From Macrostomum lignano (lineage: Eukaryota), in contig NIVC01004698.1 of the NCBI GenBank assembly GCA_002269645.1, positions 1 to 37,684 on the forward strand: a stretch of 37,684 bases of DNA. Direction: 5' to 3'. Below are positions 10,694 to 21,561 of this stretch, piece by piece. The position numbers and the translations under genes are program-made. Position 1 is the stretch's first letter. Every line of letters begins with the position of its first letter. A model generated the notes under the pieces. That model was not told the origin of the DNA. It ran no database searches and worked only from the letters and a program-made list of their open reading frames with translations.

Positions 10694-12195
10694 GTCTCAC
10701 CCTCCTCCCACCAAGCCTCACCTTCCTCTCACCAAGCCTCACCCTCTTCCCACCAAGCCTCACCATCTTCCCACTGAGTCTCACCCCCTCCTCCCACCAA
10801 GCCTCACTTCCTCCCACCAAGCCTCACCTTCCTCCCACCAAGCCTCACCCTCTTCCCACCAAGCCTCACCCTCTTCCCACTGAGTCTCACCCTCCTCCCA
10901 CCAAGCCTCACCCTCTTCCCACTGAGTCTCACCCTCCTCCCACCAAGCCCCACCCTCCTTTCACCAAGCCTCACCCTCCTTTCACCAAGCCCCACCCTCC
11001 TTTCACCAAGCCCCACCCTCCTTTCACCAAGTCTCACCCTCCTCCCACCAAGTCTCACCCTCCTCCTATCAAGTCTCAGCCTCCTCCCACTGAGTCTCAC
11101 GCTCCACCTATCACGTCTCACCCTCCTCCCACTGAGTCTCACCCTCCTCACACCAAGTCTCACCCTCCTCCTATCAAGTCTCAGCCTCCTCCCACCAAGC
11201 CTCACCTTCCTCCCACCAAGCCTCACCTTCCTCCCATCAAGCCTCACCTTCCCACCAAGCCTCACCCTCCCATCAAGCCTCACCCTCCCACCAAGCCTCA
11301 CCCTCCCATCAAGCCTCACCCTCCCATCAAGCCTCACCCTCCCATCAAGCCTCACCCTCCCATCAAGCCTCACCCTCCCACCAAGCCTCACCCTCCCACC
11401 AAGCCTCACCCTACCATCAAGCCTCACCCTCCCACCAAGCCTCACCCTCCCACCAAGCCTCACCCTCCCATCAAGCCTCACCCTCCCATCAGGCCTCACC
11501 CTCCAATCAGGCCTCACCCTCCCATCAAGCCTCACCCTCCTCCCACCAAGTCTCACCTTCCTCTTACTAAAGCCTCACCCTCCCATCAAGCCTCACCCTC
11601 CCACCAAGCCTCACCCTCCCACCAAGCCTCACCCTACCATCAAGCCTCACCCTCCCATCAAGCCTCACCCTCCCATCAAGCCTCACCCTCCCATCAGGCC
11701 TCACCCTCCAATCAGGCCTCACCCTCCAATCAAGCCTCACCCTCCCATCAAGCCTCACCCTCCTCCCACCAAGTCTCACCCTCCCATCAAGCCTCACCCT
11801 CCCACCAAGCCTCACCCTCCCATCAAGCCTCACCCTCCAATCAAGCCTCACCCTCCCATCAAGCCTCACCCTCCTCCCACCAAGTCTCACTCTCACACCA
11901 AGCCTCACCCTCCCATCAAGCCTCACCCTCCCATCAAGCCTCACCCTCCAATCAAGCCTCACCCTCCCATCAAGCCTCACCCTCCTCCCACCAAGTCTCA
12001 CTCTCACACCAAGCCTCACCCTCCCATCAAGCCTCACCCTCCAATCAAGCCTCACCCTCCCATCAAGCCTCACCCTCCCATCAAGCCTCACCCTCCCATC
12101 AAGCCTCACCCTCCCACCAAGTCTCACCCTCCCACCAAGCCTCACCCTCCCACCAAGTCTCACCCTCCCACCAAGTCTCACCTTCCTCTTACTAA
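10694..12195. repeat. 18/21-bp CATCAAGCCTCACCCTCC minisatellite filling the Ly6 intron
   Basis: About 1.5 kb array occupying most of intron 10586-12425. Confidence 0.95.
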
Positions 12196-12425
12196 AGCCT
12201 CATGAATTTTCTCATTCATACGCTCGTAAATTTACTTTGTGCATGTACTACTAAGAATGTTTACAACATAAGTGGGTTGTGTGGATTTAAAATTATTTTT
12301 GTAGGTAGGAAATATTTTTAAGCATTCTGTGCTGAGGCTGAATACGAGCTCGCACTAGTTAATTATTTAACTAATTAATTATGATAAAAGAACAGTTTGA
12401 ATTAATTATGACTGCTCAAACTCAC

Positions 12426-12541
12426 GCCGCAATAAATACAAGAGGTTGACACGGAATTCTCGCTACGTGTGAAAGTGTCGCTACAGGCTGTACAGGTGTA
12501 GCACTGGACATTGGCGTGCACCGCTGTCTGCAGAGCTGCCA
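12426..12541 (-). CDS. Ly6/uPAR protein, internal exon
   Basis: Not in the ORF track. Reads (V)AALQTAVHANVQCYTCTACSDTFTRSENSVSTSCIYCG, donor GGC|GTGAGT phase 0. Joined to the terminal exon it gives the canonical 10-Cys LU pattern. The signal-peptide exon was not located. Confidence 0.85.
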
Positions 12542-15500
12542 CTGGATGCATTAAATCCCCATGGAAGAAAATATAGTTATTGTAGGATGAATTTGAGTTA
12601 GTTAGAATGCAAATTTGAGCAATATTCGATGCTTTTTACCTTCTAGTATCAGTAGGATAGTTACCAATTTTGCATTCATTTTGGGTTAAGGTATTACTCG
12701 TATTACCAATTAAAGCAACCATGTGCTGTGGAATATTAGAATTAAAAAAGGCTTCGCTAACCTAACAGTTCTCAAACTCTCTCTTTTATGCATAACAGTC
12801 GCCCATACCCAGCTGCACTTATAGACAGCAACAATTAGGTGGTTAGAACTGCCATTGGGGCAGGGAGATGGTGGCTCACTGCATGCGCTTCTAGATGGCC
12901 CACAATTCCATCGCTCCATTCTATTTATTCACTAACTCATTGACTGTCAGCTTAATATTCACCCATAAGAGCACGGCGCCACTTTTAAGCCATGCAGGAC
13001 TGAACTGGGGCCGGGGCTTCTCTCAGTGTCTGCCTTTTGTCAACGGCAGCTTAGCCAAGCAACAATGAGAATGTAGAATGGGTATAGCTATAGCAACTCA
13101 ACTCTATCTGCATTCTTCTTGAGATGCCATCTTTTACGTGCCTACAGCTGTTTTTCTTTGACACCTTTTACTGTAATTCTGTATTGTACATGGAAATTTA
13201 CTTAATTATAATACACATTTGTGGCCTGCATGTATATAATTACATGTGCATGTACTACATGCATGCATGAACATATTACTTGTATTTCAATTATCTTCTG
13301 TACTTATTATTCTACATGACATTTCTGTCTTTGCTATGACATCATATAGTTACAAGTAAGTCGATCTGATGAGTAATTTTTGTGGCATATAATTTAAGAC
13401 AAGGATATATTATACATGTATTGTACATGTGTACATGTGATATTTTTATTATTATTGCAGTCGAAATACAAGGATTGTATATCTGTTTTAATTCATAATT
13501 CATAAGTAAGCGTTAAATTAAATGTACAATACGTGTACATATGATTCTCGATTGACGGTGTACACTGCACATTACATGACGAAGTGTATATGTAGGGTGT
13601 ACTCGATTGGCCTGCAAATTATGTATGCAAAAATTAGACAACAATAGATTAATTGACCGAAGAAGTGGATGAATAGAGTCGAGAATACATGTCATGATTG
13701 CGTCGATGCATGCATGCCCCATGTAGATGCACATACGATGTGCATGCATGTATTATAGACTTCATGCAGGAAACCGTTTTTATAGCGCGGATTTTCTCAC
13801 CAAAATCAGCTATACGATCGTTAGCACAACCCAACTATGCGTTCTCTACTAGAGCATCTTTTTGTTTCAAATGCTGTTCGATGGTATAATTCACAAGATA
13901 TATGAAAAATACATATACTGTTGTATGATGTCCCTAATTCTTACCACGTGGTTTCAGTAGTTGATATATTATTATTATTTTAATTGAATCCGATCGATCG
14001 ATCTAGCGATGTCCTTTTTACTAAGTCCTTACATTATCCTTTACTACTGTTTGGGAATGATATAATACATTTAAATACAGTGCATATTTAATGTGGGAGG
14101 TGGCACATAAAAGTAAAACCTATATTTACATCTGCATGAGCATATGTACTGTAATACGAAAATACGAGTGTACATGTGTACTGCCGGCTAATCCGTTATT
14201 TTAGGCAACAATTTAAACAAAGCAGCAGTAACGAGTCTGTTTTATTCTATATAATACACTGTACAGAATAGTGTCGTCAATATCTTAAATTATTAAAAAC
14301 ATAGGTTGCTTTTTATTTTATAAAAAATAAAGAGTGTTATTCTTGTTTTAGCGCATTTTTAGCTTAAAAATGTTTCGGTTAATTTTTTCTGAACGTGTAG
14401 AGATAACGAGCGTAGAAGATTTGGCCTATTATTGATATTAGCATACTGAAATTGAAAATTTTAGGGTTGTTATCCACTATTTTATTCTTGCATCCAACTT
14501 TACGGAACAATTTTATCCTATAATTTGGATAACATATTCAAAATGAAAAAAATATAACTAAGATTCGAAGTTCAAAACAGTGCTATTGTTTCAACAGTGC
14601 CACTATGCGAGCCTTTTATCACTAATTACGATAAATAATACCAAGCCTAATATTCATAGCTACTCTTTAAAATTAAGATGCGATGACCATGAATCATGTC
14701 TTCGCAGCTGAATTAATAAATATTGTTATTTTGGTTGTTTCAATAAGTTAAGTCACAGAATTATCACACTTAAAATGTATATTATATTATGACAATCTAA
14801 TACTGTGCATTGAAGACAAAATTGCATTCCACTCTGGCTTCTTAGTAAGTGGGCAGCTTCTGATTCAAGGAAGGCAAAGTCAGCATAGATAATGGAAATA
14901 ATTGGACTGAAATGTAAACTATAATTCAATGAATTAAACTATTCTTTAATAATGCCTCTGCATGATTAAGCTACTTCTTCTATAGAATCAAGATTTTGTC
15001 TAGGATCAAGATTTTTGTCATGGCAAAATTCAGTTGTATGATTTCCAACTATTACAAGTACATTTCTAGTGTGACATCTAAACAGCTAAGTATAATTTAT
15101 TCCTTAATTTATTTACCTAATCTGTCTAGTTGAATTCCTTAAAAAATTGCAGAAATATGTATTATATAAGCTACAAAGATAAACTAGTAATCACACCCTA
15201 GTTTTTTTAAATACTAAGCAAATTAATTGTTTTGCATTTCTTCGAGTACATTTTGTTTTAAAACTCTAATTACAGATGGTCATAAGAATAGGTTTATGTA
15301 ATTAGTGTGGAGAAGTTTTTCATTGACATTTGTTTATAAAAACAGATTTAATTTTCTTTAGATCAAGACTACAAACCTCAGTTCAAAACACTGTCAAACA
15401 GTTACACTGTTTATTGTTTAATAGTTGTTTGAAATTGAATCTTTCCCTGGGCAGCAAGATTACGTCTGTTCTATTTTTAGTATCACTACAATAAAAACCC

Positions 15501-15664
15501 GCAGCCAGCGCAAAAGCCAAACGGGCGCTCGCTGGCGTGGCGGGGTTGAAGGCGGCCCTGCCCGCCCCAGCTCAGCAGACGCAGATCGGCTACTTCGCGG
15601 AAAGCAAGTCGATCAGCGACGCGCCGCCACGCAGCCGCAGCAGCGCCAGGAGGGCAGCAACGGC

Positions 15665-16072
15665 ATGGCCTGCGCTGTCGAAAAATGGCGGCCGCCGCCG
15701 TCACCGCCGCCGCAGCAGCAGCAGCAGCCATGCGAACCGGAGCAGCAGCAGCAGCAGCAGCAGTCCCGAGTCCTGCAGGACATGATGTTCTCCTACACAG
15801 CGGACGGAAGCGTGGAGAAGCTGAAGGCGCTGATGACCCGGCCGGGCGGTCAGCAGCCGGATTTGGATGCGCGCGACCCCGCCACTGGCGACACGCCGCT
15901 GCTCATGGCGGCCAGGCGAGGCCACCTGGCTACGGTGCGGCTGCTTCTGCAGCACGGAGTCGACGCCACCGTGCTCAGCCGGGACGGCGAGTCAGTGTTG
16001 GACATTGGCAACAGTCACGTGCGCAAGGCCGTCTTGGATAGGCAGCTGACGCCTGATGCGCAGTTTGCGCAG
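15665..16072 (+). CDS. MAP3K19-like: Ankyrin-repeat MAP3K19/YSK4-like Ser/Thr kinase, exon 1
   Basis: Ankyrin repeat GDTPLLMAARRGHLATVRLLLQHGVD; donor CAG|GTAAGG. Start ATG 15665 is inferred; the frame is open upstream to 15425. Confidence 0.8.
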
Positions 16073-16094
16073 GTAAGGATCTCTGGCGCCAGAA

Positions 16095-16712
16095 CCCAGC
16101 TCTGGCTACCCGAATCTCACAGTCTCACCGCAATCTCACCCGAATCTCACACCGAAGCTCATCCTGTCCTACCCGAATCTCATCCTGTCCTACCCGAATC
16201 TCATCCTGTCCTACCCGAATCTCATCCTGTCCTACCCGAATCTCATCCTGTCCTACCCGAATCTCATCCTGTCCTACCCGAATCTCATCCTGTCCTACCC
16301 GAATCTCATCCTGTCCTACCCGAATCTCATCCTGTCCTACCCGAATCTCATCCTGTCCTACCCGAATCTCATCCTGTCCTACCCGAATCTCATCCAGTCC
16401 TACCCGAATCTCATCCTGTCCTACCCGAATCTCATCCTGTCCTACCCGAATCTCATCCTGTGCTACCCGAATCTCATCCTGTCCTACCCAAATCTCATCC
16501 TGTCCTAACCGAATCTCATCCTGTCCTACCCGAATCTCATCCTGTCCTACCCGAATCTCATTCTGTGCTACCCGAATCTCATCCTGTCCTACCCGAATCT
16601 CATCCTTCCTACGCGAATCTCATCCTGTCCTACCCGAATCTCATCCTTCCTACGCGAATCTCATCCTGTCCTACCCGAATCTCATCCTGTGCTACCCAAA
16701 TCTCATCCTGTC
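16095..16712. repeat. 21-bp minisatellite in kinase intron 1
   Basis: About 28 copies of CCTACCCGAATCTCATCCTGT; the last unit runs into the acceptor. Confidence 0.95.
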
Positions 16713-16716
16713 CCAG

Positions 16717-19197
16717 GCCTGCTGGCAGGGCTGCCTGTTCGGCGTGCGCCACCACCTGCGCCACCTGACGGACGAGGACCTCCGTTCCGCCCGCAACCGC
16801 GACGGCTGCCCGGCCGGCATCCTGCTGGTCCGCGACCTCGAGCGGATCGGCCGACTGGCCGAGCAGTTCCGCATCGACTACCGGCCGGCCGAGGTTCTGC
16901 GGCTGCTGCTGGATCGCGGCCTGGACGTCAACGCCGCCGTAGACGTGCCGACAGGCCGGTCGCCGTTGCACTTCGTTGCCGCGGCTGCTGGCGGCAGCGG
17001 CGGAAGCGGCGGCAGCTGGTTGGGCGCCGCCCGGCACGCCAGGCCGCTCTTGACGGTGCTGGCGCAGGCCGGAGCGAACCTGGAGGCCGCCGACTCCCGG
17101 CAGTACACGCCGCTGCACTGCGCCTGCCTGGCCAAGGCAACCTCCGCCGTCAAGGAGCTGCTCCGCCTCGGCGCCAGCCACCGTGCCATCGGCCTGATGG
17201 GCTCCACGCCGCTGCACCTCAGCGCCATGCAGGGCGACGCCGAATCCGCGGCGCTGCTACTCCACGCCGGCGCCGATCCTGGCGCCGCTGACGCCGGCGG
17301 CCAGACGCCGGTGGACCTGGCGAACTCGACTCGCATCCGCTGCCTGCTGGAGGGCAGGCCGGCGCCTCCGGATCGGCCACAGCCGGACCGCCCGCGGCGA
17401 GTCGGTCGGTCCCGCACGGAAGTGTCGCCAGCGTCTGCCACAGCTGCATCGGCGGAGTCTCAGCCGCTGCGGTTGCCGAGCATCTTCGGCGAGTCGGGCG
17501 GCCAGCAGCAGCGCGCGGCAGAAGCGGCAGCGGCGGCTCGAGCTCGCGGTCGGAGCGCCAGCCCGCCGATGCTGGCCGCGGCGGCCGTTGTATTTCACCG
17601 GCACCCGTCCGCTCGCTCCTCGGACAGCCCGGCGCCGTCAAATTTCCTGCATCACCGTCGGCTGCCCTGGCAGAGCGGCGGCCCGGCTGCCCCGGCGCGC
17701 CAGGACAGCGCGGCGTCTAGCATGGACAGCGCCCGAGGGCGCAACAGCTCGCGGACGTGCCTGGAGGACATGGAGGACTCGGCCGCCGCAACGCCGCGCT
17801 CCCTGACCCTGTCATCGTCAGTTTCGGCTCCATCGTTGATGTCCACAGCGTTGTCAGCATCGGCAACGTCTCCGGCGGCAACGGCGGCATCGACTGCCGG
17901 GCCGCTGAATCCGATCGCCGAGACGATCGACGAGGCTGCCGAGGCGACCTCGCCGCCGAGCTCGGCCCGGAGATCTGATGCCAGCCAGCTGCCCCGCCAG
18001 TCAGTCGTGCTGGGCCGCCGTGTTCCGATCGCCAAAGCGCCGCTGCGCATGTCGACCCCAGCCACGGCGGTCAAGCGATCCGGCGGCGGCGGCGGCGCTT
18101 CCTCAGTCGTCGCCATGACAACAAGAAGCAAGACGGAAGCGCAGATTGAATTGTCAAATAGCGTTGAGATACTTGAAGATCCGCAGTCGGTCGGATTGAA
18201 TGACGCCGTCACCGCGACACCAACGGCCACTTCTCCAGCCGCCTCCACAGCCTCTGCCCCAGCTGCCTCCCCAGCCGCTTCACCAGCCTCCGCCCCAGCT
18301 TCCGCACAAGACGCTGACGCGCAACCGTCAGCTCCTGCCGTATCAGCCAGCAGCAAAGCCGCAGCCAAAGCAGCCAAAGCCAAGTCGAGCCCATCGGCAA
18401 GCTCGGCAGCTGTCGGCGAAGGCCAGTCGGCCGTCGGCAAGTCGGCCAGTCAGCCCGGTAAGCAGCAGCAGCAGCGGCAGCCGATCTCGGCGCCGAAGCG
18501 TCTCACCGCGGCGCCAGTTCGAAAGCGCGGCGCCGGTGGTGCCGTCAACCAGCGAAAAAAGCAGCAACAACCGCAGCAGAAGCAGCAATCTTCTGGAGCC
18601 AAGAAGCCGTCGGCAGCCAAGTCGGTCGCCCTGCCGAAGAACCCGACGGTAATTCAGTCAGACGAGGCTGCCAGCGAGGAGGCGGTGGCGCCGTCACTCG
18701 TGGAGCTGTCCGGCGTGGAGCCGGGGCCCGGCTGGCTGGTGTCGGCCACCGCGGTCGATGGCGGCGGCGGCGTCCAGCTGCTGGCGGCCGCGGCGCCGAC
18801 TGGCGCAGCCGGGCTGAGCCGCTACCCGGTGCTCAGCTCCATTGGCTCCAACTTATCCGCTGCTGACGACCGGACGCTGCTGTCCGAGATTCCCGAAATG
18901 CTGGACGTTGAACCGACGGACGCCGACGAATGCGATGAGCCGCTGCAGCAGCCACCAGACTCTGTGTTCGTCAGCCACGCCGGCGCTGAGAACGGAACCG
19001 CCGGCGCCGTCGGTGGCTCCGACACGCTGAACGACACCATCTCGAGTCTGTCCTCAACCGCCAGCGGACGCGACGGAGACGATGCCGCCTATAGAGACGG
19101 GATTTACTGGCGCCAGGGGCCGAAGATCGGGTCGGGAAGCTTTGGCGTGGTGCGGCAGGGACTCACGGAGGCTGGGCGCATCATCGCGGTCAAGCAG
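16717..19197 (+). CDS. MAP3K19-like: Ankyrin-MAP3K19-like kinase, exon 2 (ankyrins, disordered linker, G-loop)
   Basis: Phase-0 acceptor TCCCAG|GCC; TPLH ankyrin repeats; Ala/Ser/Pro-rich linker; WRQGPKIGSGSFGVV...IIAVKQ; donor CAG|GTGAGC. Confidence 0.92.
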
Positions 19198-19574
19198 GTG
19201 AGCTGCATCATCCCTAATTCTGATTAGAAGAAATTGGGGCATCACCACGTGAGAGCCGAACCCATGGCTCCAATACAGAGTGCACTAAATGACATTAAGA
19301 AAGCCAGGGCCGTTGTACGCCACACGTTCTCTAACATTTTATAAAGTTAGAGAACGTGTTGCACTTTATAAACGTTTTATAAAGTGCAACTTAAAATCCT
19401 TACTTTTCTGGTAACTCACAGCAGTTTCATAGCAAACAAACAAAAAAATTATAAATTAAATATAGCCTTATACAATCGTTGATTAGAGCACCTAAATTAT
19501 TAAAAACATTCAATGATTTTTGCTCCTTTTGCTATTTCGTACAAAATATTTCAGACAGTTCCGCTAATCAAAAT

Positions 19575-19914
19575 GAACTACTTCCGTTCAGTAGAAATTG
19601 TTAAACAGAACATTTATTGGCTCTTATCCCCCCAGCTTAAACCCTCCAACCGCGCCTTTCCTCACTACCCCCTGGCCCCAATTTTTATTGCCTTTCTCGG
19701 AATTCCAGCCTAAAGCTGGCATGTACATTTCAGTGGACTGGCTAATGTACATTGCTGCTGAACCAATTAGCAAGTTGTTTACGCCTGCAAGCTTGGCTTC
19801 TAAACTTATCGAAGTCGTTTCAGCTTCTTCTTCTTTGCTACTGAACTGAAAGTAAAAAGCTGTTTTACTAAGTATTTATGCCTGAGTGGCCCGTCTAGTG
19901 TTTTAGTAAAAGTG
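19575..19914 (-). mobile_element. TIR MITE family copy (partial, inverted) in kinase intron 2
   Basis: Shares the internal sequence CAGTGGACTGGCTAATGTACATTGCTGCTGAACCAATTAGCAAG and a terminus with the copies at 26023 and 28049. Confidence 0.85.
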
Positions 19915-19944
19915 ATACAAACTAACCGATCCCCACTCTGTCAG

Positions 19945-20235
19945 GTGAGCATCGAGCGCGAGGACTCCTCCGTTGAGACGGAACTTCGCCGAATTCGTTC
20001 AGAGGTGGAGATTCTGCGCAATCTGCGGCATCGCAACATTGTCCAGCTGCTGGGCACGCGGTGCGATGGCGACATGTTCTACATCATCATGGAGTTCGTG
20101 CCGGGCGGCAGCATCCGGGGACTCCTGGACCGCTACGGCTCGCTGTCCGAGCGGGTCTGCCGGCGCTACCTGCGGCAGGTGGTCAGCGGGGTGGCCTTCC
20201 TGCACGCCAACGGAGTTGTGCACCGCGACATCAAG
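19945..20235 (+). CDS. MAP3K19-like: Kinase exon 3
   Basis: Branch ACTAAC at 19921; EVEILRNLRHRNIVQLLG...IIMEFVPGGSI...VVHRDIK; donor AAG|GTTGGT. Confidence 0.95.
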
Positions 20236-20341
20236 GTTGGTGGGGCTTCGCGTGTTTCGGCGGAGTTTAATTTTGTACTTGAAAATACAGTTGTGCCTTA
20301 GTAAAAATTATCCTATCACACCACCAAATAACCGCACTCAG

Positions 20342-20769
20342 GGCCACAACATCATGGTGACGGACGCCGGGGTCATCAAGTTGATCGACTTCGGCTGCGC
20401 CAAGCGACTGCACGCCACGCAGATGTCTCTGTCTGGCAAGCGCGCTCAGCAGCAGATGTCGCTAGAGGGCACGCCATACTGGATGGCGCCGGAGGTCGTC
20501 CTTGAAGCCGGCCACGGCGCCAAGTCCGACTGTTGGTCCGTCGGCTGCACCCTGTTGGAAATGGCGACAACGCGGCCTCCATTCGCCGACATGCCGCCCA
20601 TGGCAGCCATCTTCGCCATTGGCAACGGCGAGCCGAAGCCGCCGACTCTGCCGCAAGAATTCTCAGCCGACGCGCACTCCTTCTATGCCGGCTGCTTGGT
20701 GCGTGACCCGGCGCTCCGGCCTGCCGCCGAGGACCTGGCTAAGCACCGGTTCCTGAGGGCGCGCTCGCG
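20342..20769 (+). CDS. MAP3K19-like: Kinase exon 4
   Basis: GHNIMVTDAGVIKLIDFGCAKRL...GTPYWMAPEV...KSDCWSVGCT, closely resembling the MAP3K19 catalytic domain as recalled. Confidence 0.95.
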
Positions 20770-20784
20770 GTGAGTTGTACTTGC

Positions 20785-21481
20785 ATGGGCTGGATCCAAT
20801 TTGAGCTGGAGCCAGTTTGAGGGTTGTGCTTGTGCTGGAGCCAGTTTGGGGGTTGTGCTTGTGCTGGAGCCAGTTTGGGGGTTGGGCTTGTGCTGGAGCC
20901 AGTTTGGGGTTGTGCTTGGGCTGGAGCCAGTTTGGGGGTTGGGCTTGTGCTGGAGCCAGTTTGGGGGTTGTGCTTGTGCTGGAGCCAGTTTGGGGGTTGG
21001 GCTTGTGCTGGAGCCAGTTTGGGGTTGTGCTTGGGCTGGAGCCAGTTTACGGGTTGGGCTTGTGCTGGAGCCAGTTTGGGGGTTGTGCTTGTGCTGGAGC
21101 CAGTTTGGGGGGGGGGTAATTGTGCTTGGGCTGGAGCCAGTTTAGGGCTTGGGCTTGGGCTGCAGCCAGTTTAGGGGGTTGTGCTTGGGCTGGATCCAAT
21201 TTGAGCTGGAGCCAGTTTTGGGGGGTTGTGCTAGGACTGGAGCCATTATGAGGGTTGTGCTTGGGCTGGAGCCAGTTTGGGGGTTGTGCTTGGGCTGGAG
21301 CCAGTTTGGGGGTTGTACTTGGGCTGGAGCCAGTTTGGGGGTTGTGCTTGGGCTGGAGCCAGTTTGGGGGTTGCAGCTTGGGCTGGAGCCAGTTTGGGGG
21401 TTGTGCTTGGGCTGGAGCCAGTTTGGGGGTTGCAGCTTGGGCTGGAGCCAGTTTGGAGGTTGTGCTTGGGCTGGAGCCAGT
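20785..21481. repeat. 29-bp G-rich minisatellite filling kinase intron 4
   Basis: About 24 copies of GGGCTGGAGCCAGTTTGGGGGTTGTGCTT. Confidence 0.95.
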
Positions 21482-21509
21482 TAAAATTCGTAGCATTTCT
21501 TTGTTTCAG

Positions 21510-21561
21510 AGCCGAAAGCAGTGGCGGAACCGGCAGTGTGAGCAGCGCAGGTCATCAATGA
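21510..21561 (+). CDS. MAP3K19-like: Probable kinase terminal exon (RAESSGGTGSVSSAGHQ*)
   Basis: Donor CG|GTGAGT at 20769 and acceptor TTTGTTTCAG|A are phase-compatible; total CDS 3660 nt. The alternative is an unspliced stop at 20773. Confidence 0.7.

Noticed and set aside
9301-12195. Long Pro/His- or Arg/Gly-rich ORFs (325, 512, 250, 204 aa) resembling extensins
   Set aside because: They are translations of stop-poor minisatellites on both strands, one inside the Ly6 intron.
16073-16716. PESHPVL heptad repeat as part of the kinase protein
   Set aside because: It lies between good donor and acceptor sites. The 644-nt intron is not a multiple of 3, so retention terminates at 16768.
16630-19248. 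Many overlapping antisense and alternate-frame ORFs over kinase exon 2 (also over B56 exon 1)
   Set aside because: Expected by-products of high-GC coding DNA with no recognisable domains.
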